Assembly: GCA_048940445.1 (NCBI GenBank)
Contig: JBHLON010000005.1
Location: 1 to 64,000, forward strand
Length of the DNA stretch: 64,000 nt
Direction of reading: 5' to 3'
DNA from: Promethearchaeota archaeon
Lineage (GTDB): Archaea > Asgardarchaeota > Lokiarchaeia > Sigyniarchaeales > SOKP01
Made by a program: the position numbers and the translations under genes
Notes under the pieces: model-generated
Told to the model about the DNA's origin: nothing
Seen by the model: the letters and a program-made list of their open reading frames with translations, nothing else
Databases searched by the model: none
In this document: positions 53,179 to 62,063 of the stretch, one piece after another
Numbering within the stretch: the stretch's first letter is position 1
How the letters are laid out: every line of letters starts with the position of its first letter

Positions 53179-53246
53179 TTATTACTTTAATAGATTAATA
53201 TATAATGATTATATAAAATGAAGATTTAGGATTAATAAATTTATCT

Positions 53247-54155
53247 TCAAAATGTTGAGCCTAAAAAGAAGAAAAGTCCTGCTACTAGTATACCAATTAT
53301 TAAAGACGATATTAAAACTCTTGTTGTGGAGGAGTTTGACAATTCTCTTATCGAAAGCGTAACTAAAATTGGAACCCATATTCCAATCGTTATTGCATCA
53401 ATAGAATGTAATATAATCCATGTAGAAGAAGTAAATATATTATTAAATACTGATGGATCAAACAAGCCCAAGATATTAATAGGAACGGAGCTAAATCCAA
53501 CTAGTGTAATAATAATTTCAATTAGGTTGATTAAAATAAAAGGAGAGAATGAGCAAAACATCATTCTATACTTAAAGGCTTGTTGTTGATGCAAAGTTCC
53601 TCCTTTATAAATGCTAAAAGGGCTCATTTCTGCTTCACGATATTTTTCTTTTGCATCTTTTCCTAAATACAATTCTAATTTTTCTGAAAATCCAACTGTA
53701 TAATTGGCTCCTTTGGTAAATAGCCAAATCACTATGAAACCAAAAATAAAATAGTATGCTAATCCAAATAGAAAAAATGCAGTAAAAATAGTTAAATTAT
53801 AGAAAAAGATTCTAAAGTCAAGGGGAGGGACGTCTTGTATATTAAAATGTGAAAAGAAAGCCAATCCTAAAAATCCATAGAGTAGCGCATTAAAGATTAA
53901 TATTAAATAACCTGGAGCTGACTTTCTACGATGATTAATGCTCCAAAATGCCTTATTGGGTTTAGTAAATAACCACAATATGATCTTATACCAAGGATCC
54001 GGAGTAGTCCAATCTAATTCAATACGTTTAAAAATTGAAAACTTTTCAATTTTTTCAAATCTTAACCTTTTACCACAGAAAGTACAGACGAAGAAATCTG
54101 CACGAACTTCATTACCGCATCTAGGGCATCGTAATTGAGTTATTATGGTTGCCAT
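53247..54155 (-). CDS. Zn-ribbon plus Yip1-like multi-pass membrane protein
   Basis: CPRC..CTFC; LFTKPNKAFWSI precedes about 5 TM helices. Confidence 0.6.
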   Translation of the reverse strand: MATIITQLRCPRCGNEVRADFFVCTFCGKRLRFEKIEKFSIFKRIELDWTTPDPWYKIILWLFTKPNKAFWSINHRRKSAPGYLILIFNALLYGFLGLAFFSHFNIQDVPPLDFRIFFYNLTIFTAFFLFGLAYYFIFGFIVIWLFTKGANYTVGFSEKLELYLGKDAKEKYREAEMSPFSIYKGGTLHQQQAFKYRMMFCSFSPFILINLIEIIITLVGFSSVPINILGLFDPSVFNNIFTSSTWIILHSIDAITIGIWVPILVTLSIRELSNSSTTRVLISSLIIGILVAGLFFFLGSTF

Positions 54156-54281
54156 ATTGACTTCTAACTATTTAATTTTTTATATAATTCATATAATTAT
54201 AATCATTTATATGTTTTTATGAAAAAATTTTACTTTTCGCAATTTGAACTCTTAAAATATGATTTTAAAAGGAAATAAAAT

Positions 54282-55352
54282 TTAAAAATATTTAATTATC
54301 AAAGATTTCTTATCTTGAATAATTTCATAATCTCTATTAGTAAAAAGTTTCACTAACTCTAAATTGGTTTTAGTATGACTAGTAATTTCAAGCACTTTAA
54401 TAGATGAAGATTCTTTAACAAAGGCCATGAGTGGGATTAACTGATCACTTAGGTAATTATCGACAGGAATTTGATTGAAAACGTACTTTAAAATTTCCCT
54501 TGACGCCACTTTTCCTAATCTTTCTGAACTTAAATTTCTCTCACCAAGTATGGTCCCCGATGAAATGATTGCTCCTGAATCAGAGTGTGCCCAAAGACAG
54601 ACTCCTACTCCTGGACTGATAGATTTAACCCTAGAACAACTTATATCCATTTCGAAATTTGTATTTCGTTTTATTTCTCGTCTTATTGAATTTTTAATTC
54701 TCTCTCCAATATCCTTCTGTATTAGATTTGAAACAATTATTTCACCCTCAATTAGGTCAATATTTCCTAGTTCGGTAAGGTTGAGTGGCTTTAATTTCAT
54801 TTTAGGTGGTAAGATTTTACATTTAGTCAAGGCTCCTCCTTTCGGGTAAAATCCGAATTCTTCTATTTTAATTACAAGTTCAAGACCACTCATTTTGAAG
54901 AATGGATATGTTACGTTCATTAAGTAATTTAAGCTTGGAGCCCATTTACCAAAAGTACCTCCTCCTTTAATAGAAATCATGATCTGATCATTATGAGAAA
55001 ATCTAAGACTAGAAATCTGAATTGGTTGAATTAATAAGCCAATACTAGCTGCAGTGTCAACATTGACGTTTAAATGATCTTTAATTCTCAGATTTGGGTT
55101 AAAAGTTATTTCCTCTGTACCAATTTTGCATTCTCCATTTATGGCATTAAGTTGACTGCCAGTTAATTTAGCTAAAGTTTGCAATCCTAGAAGATGTTGA
55201 AGGCGTAAACCTCTTTGAGGACGATTAGCCCGAATATTAAATATTCTTATTGGTTGATCAAATAGAAGTGAAAATCCAGCCGCTATACGTAAAATAGAAC
55301 CCCCGCCTTCCCCAAAAGCACCATTAATTTCTAAGTATTTTTTCTTACTCAT
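54282..55352 (-). CDS. rtcA: RNA 3'-terminal phosphate cyclase
   Basis: GEGGGSILR, NIRANRP..GL..QH, GFYPKGG, DQLIP, TSHTKTN. Confidence 0.92.
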   Translation of the reverse strand: MSKKKYLEINGAFGEGGGSILRIAAGFSLLFDQPIRIFNIRANRPQRGLRLQHLLGLQTLAKLTGSQLNAINGECKIGTEEITFNPNLRIKDHLNVNVDTAASIGLLIQPIQISSLRFSHNDQIMISIKGGGTFGKWAPSLNYLMNVTYPFFKMSGLELVIKIEEFGFYPKGGALTKCKILPPKMKLKPLNLTELGNIDLIEGEIIVSNLIQKDIGERIKNSIRREIKRNTNFEMDISCSRVKSISPGVGVCLWAHSDSGAIISSGTILGERNLSSERLGKVASREILKYVFNQIPVDNYLSDQLIPLMAFVKESSSIKVLEITSHTKTNLELVKLFTNRDYEIIQDKKSLIIKYF

Positions 55353-55354
55353 AA

Positions 55355-56506
55355 CTAATTTGTTTCAATATATAGCTGTTTGATTCTTTCTATTCCATTC
55401 TTTTGAATTATTAAATTAGCTACTTCTTTGGGTACTAAACTCTTCCACTCTTGATTGTTTTTATTAATCAATTCTCTAACATTAGAGCCATTATACTTTT
55501 TCTTAAAGATTGTTATTTTCTTCCCCAATTTATATCCCTTGGCCTTAAACAGTTGCCTTACCCATTCACTATTAGAATATATTATATCAAATTCCCCTAC
55601 AATAGATTTAACATGGTTAACCCATTCTTTAGCATTAAATATGTCTGGAATTTCATAAATCTTATATTTCGAGGAACTTATACTTCTTTTTTCTAGAGCG
55701 GTTCTAAGAAATTGGACTCTTTCTTTGCTAGAAAAAGGATTAGTCTTAGTATCAGAGAGTTGAGAGCTACCAATCCCTATTTTAACGAAGTTATGATTTT
55801 TATAAAGTTGATTAAGCACATATAAATGTCCATGATGCAGTGGTTGAAATCTTCCAATAAATAGAGCAATGTCTTTTTTTATAGGATTATTTTTTTGATT
55901 ATCTAACTGGAAATATTTAGTAGGGTCCAATTCAGAAATCTCTTTCCAAATTCTTTTTGAATAATCAATGTATTTTTCATTTTCTAATATATTTTTTAAT
56001 TCTGATTTATTATAAAATCTGCTTTCCTTAACGTCTAATTCTTCTGGATTAGGTTTTAATTCAATATCACATTCTACCAAGCCTAAAAAGATATACGCAA
56101 TTTCCAAGGTTTTTTCATTCGTCTCAGCATTTAGATCATAAAATTTAATTTGAATAAGCGTATTTGGGGATATTCCAAATTCTTCTTGTAATTCTCTTTT
56201 TGCATTATATGTAATATCGTTTATATCGAGATTTTTTTTGTAGATTACATGCCCTGAAGCAGAATCTGTAAAGTATTCTGGAAACTCTTTCTTTTTTTTA
56301 CTTCTTTTTTGGACAAGAAAATGAATGTCATTTGCTGGTGAAATAGCGATTATAAAGACTCGAATAATTAAGTGACTGACTTTTTTTCTGTGAGCCTCTT
56401 GTCTTTCCATAGGATAAACAAATTTTGAAATTTGACCCGAATGTAGATATTTTATATTTTTTTCATCAATGCAAGCTAAGATTTCTTTTTCCATGAGTCT
56501 AGCCAA
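55355..56506 (-). CDS. Nudix (IDI1-like) plus NMN adenylyltransferase (NadM) fusion
   Basis: N-terminal VQKRS..K...SASGHV..AKRELQEEFGI; C-terminal FIGRFQPLHHGH, GIGSSQ, NPFS..ER, NGSNVR. Confidence 0.85.
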   Translation of the reverse strand: MARLMEKEILACIDEKNIKYLHSGQISKFVYPMERQEAHRKKVSHLIIRVFIIAISPANDIHFLVQKRSKKKKEFPEYFTDSASGHVIYKKNLDINDITYNAKRELQEEFGISPNTLIQIKFYDLNAETNEKTLEIAYIFLGLVECDIELKPNPEELDVKESRFYNKSELKNILENEKYIDYSKRIWKEISELDPTKYFQLDNQKNNPIKKDIALFIGRFQPLHHGHLYVLNQLYKNHNFVKIGIGSSQLSDTKTNPFSSKERVQFLRTALEKRSISSSKYKIYEIPDIFNAKEWVNHVKSIVGEFDIIYSNSEWVRQLFKAKGYKLGKKITIFKKKYNGSNVRELINKNNQEWKSLVPKEVANLIIQKNGIERIKQLYIETN

Positions 56507-56507
56507 G

Positions 56508-57344
56508 TTAATTAATTCTAATTATGATAGTATCACCAACTTTAAATCCCATTCTTTCTGCAGCATTTCCTTGATTAAGAGAAATTTCTAATAATCCAGA
56601 GGACCCTTCTAAAAATAAAATTGAGTTCTTTTCTACATTATTGTAATAAGTTGTAAAAGGTCCAATATACTCTTTATCATTTATAAATAAGTGAATCTTA
56701 TCACCCTCTTTCAACGTTAAAAGAGAATTTCCTATCTTTTCTTGGTTTAATGGAACATTTGTAATACTATTTCCAAATTCATCGATATAAATGATCATAG
56801 CTTCTATTTTCCTGTCTGATAGAGAAATTTTATACTTATAGGGGATTTCTACTAAATCTTTAGGATTAAATGGTGGCCCAAATTCTTTTAAATCATGATT
56901 TTTAGAAATATAGGCAGCAACAGGTGCCATTATATCTCTCCCATGAAAAGTATTAGAAACTGGTTTCAAAAAGTATTTTTCGTTTTTTATGTTTACGCAT
57001 TCAACTATATCATTTAATGTAAAAAGATTTGTAAAGATTCCATTGTTAGGTCCAATGAAGTAGTAGTTAGATGTTATTTTGATTGCCACAATCTCTCTTA
57101 GAGAGCCCACTCCAGGATCTACAACTATAACAAAAATTGAATCATTAGGGAAGTAATTATAACACGCTTTTATTAAGAAGGAAGCTTCATACAAATTGTG
57201 GCGACTAACGTTATGATTTATATCTATTATATGAACATTAGGATTAATGTTTAATATTACAGCTTTTATGGTCGCAACATAATGTAAACCCCGTGTTCCA
57301 AAATCTGTAATTAAACCGATAATTCTTTTGTTCAAATTGCCCAT
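56508..57344 (-). CDS. SAM hydroxide adenosyltransferase (DUF62, chlorinase/fluorinase family)
   Basis: LITDFG, VVDPGVGS, GPNNG, TFHGRDIMAP, DEFGN, LEISLNQGNAA. Confidence 0.9.
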   Translation of the reverse strand: MGNLNKRIIGLITDFGTRGLHYVATIKAVILNINPNVHIIDINHNVSRHNLYEASFLIKACYNYFPNDSIFVIVVDPGVGSLREIVAIKITSNYYFIGPNNGIFTNLFTLNDIVECVNIKNEKYFLKPVSNTFHGRDIMAPVAAYISKNHDLKEFGPPFNPKDLVEIPYKYKISLSDRKIEAMIIYIDEFGNSITNVPLNQEKIGNSLLTLKEGDKIHLFINDKEYIGPFTTYYNNVEKNSILFLEGSSGLLEISLNQGNAAERMGFKVGDTIIIRIN

Positions 57345-57350
57345 TTTTCA

Positions 57351-58250
57351 TTAATCTTTATATTTTTCGTCTACTTTGTAGAACTCTTCCAATGCTTTAG
57401 ACTTTAATCTGTATTCTTCCTCTTTTTCAAACTCTACTAGCTTTTTCGATAATTCACTTGCTTCTTTGTATGACAAATAAGCTGAATGAAAATCATCATT
57501 TCTCAAAGAATTTTTAGCATCTTGTACCAATTTATCTCTCTCCTTAGATATTTCTGGAACTTTTTCTGAAAAGTTAGCCTTCTCATTCAAGGATTCAGCA
57601 ATATCTATTAAATACAAAGAATTTGCCATATCTGCAGCTCTTTTATAAAACTTTGCTGCTTTCTCATAATCAAGTGATTTCAAAGCATTCTCAGCGATAT
57701 CATATTGTTCTGAAACTTTTTCATGTTCGCCATTTTCTACCTTTTTCAGAAGATCCTGAGCAATTTTTCTTTCATTCTTTCCTCCACTTAACATAAATTT
57801 CGTAATAGAGATAATGCTTGATTTCAAGGCATCTGGCTTTAAAATATCAATAAAGGGTTCTAGATGTTCATAGTAAATATCTTTTAAAATTGGTTTAAAT
57901 TCGTCTTTAGACAAAGTTAATAAATTTAAACCAATAACTTCAATTGCTTCTGCACCCAATTTAAGAGAAGAACGAAATTTTTCAGGTTTATCATTCTCAT
58001 TCAGTAATAAGCCTATAATTGTTCCCGATGCTTTTCGAGACAATTTTCCTTTGAATTTATATATATAAGAGAAAATTTGGAAATCTTTTATTTTTAAGAG
58101 ATTATATTCATTTTTCCCATGATCAAGATTCAATCTTAGAAAAAGATCATTCGAAACTTCAAAATTTGACTTACCTTCTTTAAAGTAATAGCCCAAAATT
58201 CTATAATCGGCTTCTAAAGGTAATAAAATTACAAAACTTCCTATTGGCAT
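57351..58250 (-). CDS. Hypothetical protein: longin/uDENN-like N-terminal domain plus helical repeats
   Basis: Beta-rich N-terminal ~130 aa, then TPR/SNAP-like helices (YEKAAKFYKRAA, FHSAYLSYKEA); fold inferred by eye. Confidence 0.45.
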   Translation of the reverse strand: MPIGSFVILLPLEADYRILGYYFKEGKSNFEVSNDLFLRLNLDHGKNEYNLLKIKDFQIFSYIYKFKGKLSRKASGTIIGLLLNENDKPEKFRSSLKLGAEAIEVIGLNLLTLSKDEFKPILKDIYYEHLEPFIDILKPDALKSSIISITKFMLSGGKNERKIAQDLLKKVENGEHEKVSEQYDIAENALKSLDYEKAAKFYKRAADMANSLYLIDIAESLNEKANFSEKVPEISKERDKLVQDAKNSLRNDDFHSAYLSYKEASELSKKLVEFEKEEEYRLKSKALEEFYKVDEKYKD

Positions 58251-58324
58251 CGTTATTAAGTCTCCATTAAATTAATTAATACTAAAATATAATAAATGTT
58301 AATCATCCAAATTTAAAGAGTTTA

Positions 58325-58744
58325 CTATTCCTTACAACTCATTATTCTGTTTGTTTCTTCTCTGATTGATTGGATTATGTTTAATAGTTGCGCGTAATAA
58401 AGGTTATTGGATACATTCTTAGCCGCCTGTCTAATTATTTCTATTGCCTTTTTTTCTTCTTCTGTTATACTTTCTAATGATTTTTTTTCATACAACTCTT
58501 TAACCTTTGCATTAAAATCATCTGCAATTTCTTGAATACTCTCACTCGATTTCATTCTAAACTGTTTAAGCACTTCTACAATGAGGCGGATATTTTCATT
58601 GACAGATATAGTTTCTTCAGAAAATTTCTGTGACATAGCTTGAATTGATGTACTCATATGATTAATCTGGGCAATTGTTCCATCTAATGAAGATGTTATT
58701 TGATTAATTTTATTTATCATCTCATTTAATAAATTTTCTGCCAT
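58325..58744 (-). CDS. Helical coiled-coil hypothetical protein
   Basis: Heptad pattern over most of 139 aa; AGGTGA SD. Confidence 0.6.
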   Translation of the reverse strand: MAENLLNEMINKINQITSSLDGTIAQINHMSTSIQAMSQKFSEETISVNENIRLIVEVLKQFRMKSSESIQEIADDFNAKVKELYEKKSLESITEEEKKAIEIIRQAAKNVSNNLYYAQLLNIIQSIREETNRIMSCKE

Positions 58745-58756
58745 GAGTTCACCTTT

Positions 58757-59161
58757 TTATAATTTTGTGGAGGAATATTGTTTTAAATTTTTTACAGAAC
58801 TTATAGCCTCAGATAATAATAAATTCACAGTATCTTGATTTAAGACTTCTCCTGATAGTTTTTGAAATTCATCAAGTTTTTTTATTAAAGTGTTTAAAGC
58901 ATCCAACCCCAATCCTTCTTTAATGCTTTTTAATTCCAATTTAGTGCTTTCACCAATATCTCTTAGAACTTCAATGTGTTTCGTTTGAGTAATTTCTATT
59001 TCCTCTGAAAATGATTTTAACTTTTCGTTTAGATTGGTAATTTTTTCCTCGATATTTTTATTTAAGCCATCCAAGGAAGTGTTTAGCGCTTGGATTGCTT
59101 GACCTAATTGAGCTATTCTTTTATAAATAGAATTTAATAAATCTGTTAGCATTTCAGCCAT
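58757..59161 (-). CDS. Helical coiled-coil hypothetical protein (probable paralog of the neighbouring gene)
   Basis: MAEMLTDLLNSIYKRIAQL vs MAENLLNEMINKINQI; similar length and heptads. Confidence 0.6.
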   Translation of the reverse strand: MAEMLTDLLNSIYKRIAQLGQAIQALNTSLDGLNKNIEEKITNLNEKLKSFSEEIEITQTKHIEVLRDIGESTKLELKSIKEGLGLDALNTLIKKLDEFQKLSGEVLNQDTVNLLLSEAISSVKNLKQYSSTKL

Positions 59162-59341
59162 GATCTTCTCGCTCTTAAATATAAATAATTAAATTCTTAA
59201 TAAATTCATTTTGTAGCTTTAATTATAAATATAACAGAGTACAACAATAAAAAAATTTTTATGTTTTTGAAACTTTTGAATTTTTAAGGAAAATATTTTT
59301 TTAAATGTACAGAAGACTTTAGATAAAATTATCATTCTCTT

Positions 59342-59520
59342 GGGCCATTAGCTCAGACTGGTTAACAAGGTTTTAAAAGCTTGGTCAAAAAGCGCAGGTC
59401 TTATAAATGACCGACGGACATACATCAAATTAAATTGTCTGTTATTAGTAAAAACCTGAGTCTCATTGTGTTTCCATCAATGAGTGAAGGAAATCCGGGG
59501 TTCAAATCCCCGATGGCCCA
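59342..59520 (+). tRNA. tRNA-Ile(UAU) with three introns: 59365-59389 (D arm), 59407-59453 (38/39), 59461-59492 (45/46)
   Basis: Acceptor GGGCCAT/ATGGCCC plus A; spliced 75-nt cloverleaf with anticodon arm CAGGT-CTTATAA-ACCTG and T arm CGGGG-TTCAAAT-CCCCG; intron helices TGGT/GTCA, TTAT/GTAA, CCTG/AAGG. Confidence 0.88.
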
Positions 59521-59531
59521 TTTTTAAAATA

Positions 59532-60212
59532 TTATTTATCTAAATTTGTTGAAATTAAGTTTAAAGTCCACTTCTTTATCTGCATAAGATTTTTTAACAA
59601 TCCTGCTACAAGATTTTCAGGAAACGGTTTTTCTTGGTCAAGATTTTGGACTATGGTCATCCACTTATTTAGGGCTAATTGTACTAGACTCGCACCATCG
59701 GCTTCCATAAATATAGGTATTACCGCAGCACTCTCTCTAGCATCCCCAATAGAGAAATAAATCTTTCTATTCATATCTTTTAACATTACTAAATTTGCGC
59801 ATTCATCCAATTTACGTTCTACTAAAATCATTTTAAGTATTTGAGTTTGAATATCTTTATTCTTTTTTATGAATTGTTCTTTTCTGTTGATTATAAGAGG
59901 TTGTATTTCCGTTACAAGTTTATCTCCAGTGGAATCCTTTGGAAAAAATTTAGTCAATTTGATTACATCGTCTAAGACTTCAATATTAATGAATTTTTTA
60001 GTGTTAGAATAAAAAATTGTTTGAAATCCTCCTTTATCTTCACTAGGAGAGAGTTTAATGAAAATATTTCTCATTGTGATTGAATTACAACAATGATATG
60101 CTAATTCGAATAATTCTTTTGAAGTTAATGGGTTATATGGTATTTGAATATCTTTGAAGAGCCATTGTGAAGATATAACATTATTAAACTGATTTAAAAG
60201 TCGATTCTCCAT
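59532..60212 (-). CDS. Hypothetical protein
   Basis: 226-aa ATG-started ORF; no family recognised. Confidence 0.6.
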   Translation of the reverse strand: MENRLLNQFNNVISSQWLFKDIQIPYNPLTSKELFELAYHCCNSITMRNIFIKLSPSEDKGGFQTIFYSNTKKFINIEVLDDVIKLTKFFPKDSTGDKLVTEIQPLIINRKEQFIKKNKDIQTQILKMILVERKLDECANLVMLKDMNRKIYFSIGDARESAAVIPIFMEADGASLVQLALNKWMTIVQNLDQEKPFPENLVAGLLKNLMQIKKWTLNLISTNLDK

Positions 60213-60308
60213 AATTAGATAACATAATAGTATTTATTATTATATAGTTCTATTCATTTTTATTTATTTTTATTATTTATGTAGAAGAATTAAATAATTT
60301 GATTGATT

Positions 60309-61694
60309 TTACTTCTGTACAATTTGATTATAGGCTTTTTCGAATCTATTAACAGCAAGAATTATATCCCTTGAAGTGGTACCTATAGCAGCATTCATTA
60401 TAATATAGGGAATTGTATAGTTTGAACAACAAGTTCCAAATGCACTTTTTTTAGGATTATATACTCTTGGACCAGTAACCCTTAAGTTATATAAAGCTCC
60501 TCCTAATTCTGATAACTGATCTTCTCTTAAATTTTTTAATGTCATTGCTACTGCAACTGGATTAAATACATCTAAAATTCTCTCATTTATCTTTTTAGCG
60601 ACATTCTCAATTTTTTGTTGTAATAATTTTCGATTTTTCTGTTGAGTAGTTATTAATTTCTGATATCCTTTCAGCCCCAAAGAAAGAATTGAAATCAAAA
60701 TGTTAACAATTGGAGTTGCTGAAGCGCGTCCAGCATAAGCTTGACTTATTTTGATAATCTTTTCTTTATGTGGTGAAGCAATTATCGCCCCACCAATAGG
60801 AGTAAGTACATTTTTATCAGTTGATTGAATTATCGCATCTATTCTTCCCGCATCTATTCCTGAGCGAATCAATTTCATCCATTCTGGGCTCTGAACTCCA
60901 TATGCGTTTATTACAATATGAACAAGATCATTTTCCTTGGCAAATTTACTGATTTCTTTAATATCATCATTTTCACGAGGAGGAAAGAAACTTGTAGAAG
61001 AAATAATCGCAAAGCAATCTTTATCTAATTTTAATTTAAGATTTTCAATTGGAATTCGAACAGCATCTCCAAAAATTTTACCCTCAACAATTTTTGGCTT
61101 CACACCTACTAAATCGATGCCCTTTAAAAGAGATTTATGGTCAATTTGGGGTACTAAGACTGTTCTTTTAGATATTAATGCCTTATTATTCCAATTAGGC
61201 CTTAGAGCGCTAAGACACAAAGCTAATGACATTCCAGTACATAATGGTACCACAATTGCACTTTCAATATTTGGTATACCAAATTTCCTCATAAAGTCTC
61301 GTGTTAAATAATTTGTTAATTCATACATAATAGATCCACCAGGGGCTTTTGGTTGAGGAGCTGTTAAAAACCCACTTCTACCTACACCATGACAAAAGCC
61401 TTGTGAAGTTTTAATATGTAATTTAGACGCTATCCTAGCTTCTCGTTCTCCTACTCGTGCTGCTTTAATGTCCTTATCTGTATCCATATTTGAAAGTGTT
61501 TGTAAGAGATATGCGATTTGTTCATCTGTCCAATGTTCTTTTGGAACACTTTTCTGTTCAAATAGAATTTTAATCGGTTTAAGAAATTCTTTTAATACTA
61601 ATTGTCCTCTATTCAATATATTTTCAGGAATAGATGCAGTTTTAAAATATTCAATAATTTTATTAAACTCAATCAATTTAAACACTTTTATCAT
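60309..61694 (-). CDS. spcS: O-phosphoseryl-tRNA(Sec) selenium transferase (SepSecS)
   Basis: RVGEREAR, HGVGRSG..APQPKAPG, CTGMS, DHKS, NAYG, QSTDKN, YAGRAS; adjacent to tRNA-Sec. Confidence 0.95.
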   Translation of the reverse strand: MIKVFKLIEFNKIIEYFKTASIPENILNRGQLVLKEFLKPIKILFEQKSVPKEHWTDEQIAYLLQTLSNMDTDKDIKAARVGEREARIASKLHIKTSQGFCHGVGRSGFLTAPQPKAPGGSIMYELTNYLTRDFMRKFGIPNIESAIVVPLCTGMSLALCLSALRPNWNNKALISKRTVLVPQIDHKSLLKGIDLVGVKPKIVEGKIFGDAVRIPIENLKLKLDKDCFAIISSTSFFPPRENDDIKEISKFAKENDLVHIVINAYGVQSPEWMKLIRSGIDAGRIDAIIQSTDKNVLTPIGGAIIASPHKEKIIKISQAYAGRASATPIVNILISILSLGLKGYQKLITTQQKNRKLLQQKIENVAKKINERILDVFNPVAVAMTLKNLREDQLSELGGALYNLRVTGPRVYNPKKSAFGTCCSNYTIPYIIMNAAIGTTSRDIILAVNRFEKAYNQIVQK

Positions 61695-61701
61695 AAAGAT
61701 A

Positions 61702-61858
61702 TGGCGGCCCTTGAGGAGATTTTCTAAGATTGGTTAATTTCCAACCATTATCGAACTCCTATCCCTCCGCAGGATAACTAGGTTTGAAGCCTAGCGTCAG
61801 AGACCACTTATCGTTGGAGATCGATATGATCTCAAAACAATTCCGACCGTCAAGGGCC
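61702..61858 (-). tRNA. selC: tRNA-Sec(UCA) with two introns: 61808-61841 (D arm) and 61720-61749 (T loop)
   Basis: 9-bp acceptor GGCCCTTGA/TCAAGGGCC plus GCCA, 7-bp D stem GTCGGAG-TGGT-CTCTGAC after splicing, anticodon arm CTAGG-CTTCAAA-CCTAG, long variable arm, 4-bp T stem GGAG/CTCC (9/4 fold). Confidence 0.93.
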
Positions 61859-62063
61859 ATTGAAAATTAATATGATAATTAGTTGATTTAAATTGAATTT
61901 TATTATTATACTTTATTCTTTATTTAAACTAAATTATTTACGGCAGAAATTCTATACCTCTGAAATTAACTTCGGATTTATATAATATTAATCCAATGAT
62001 TAAGTTTTTAAGTTTACTTCTTTGAGTAGTAATTATAAAAAATTAGATCAAAATCAAAATTGA

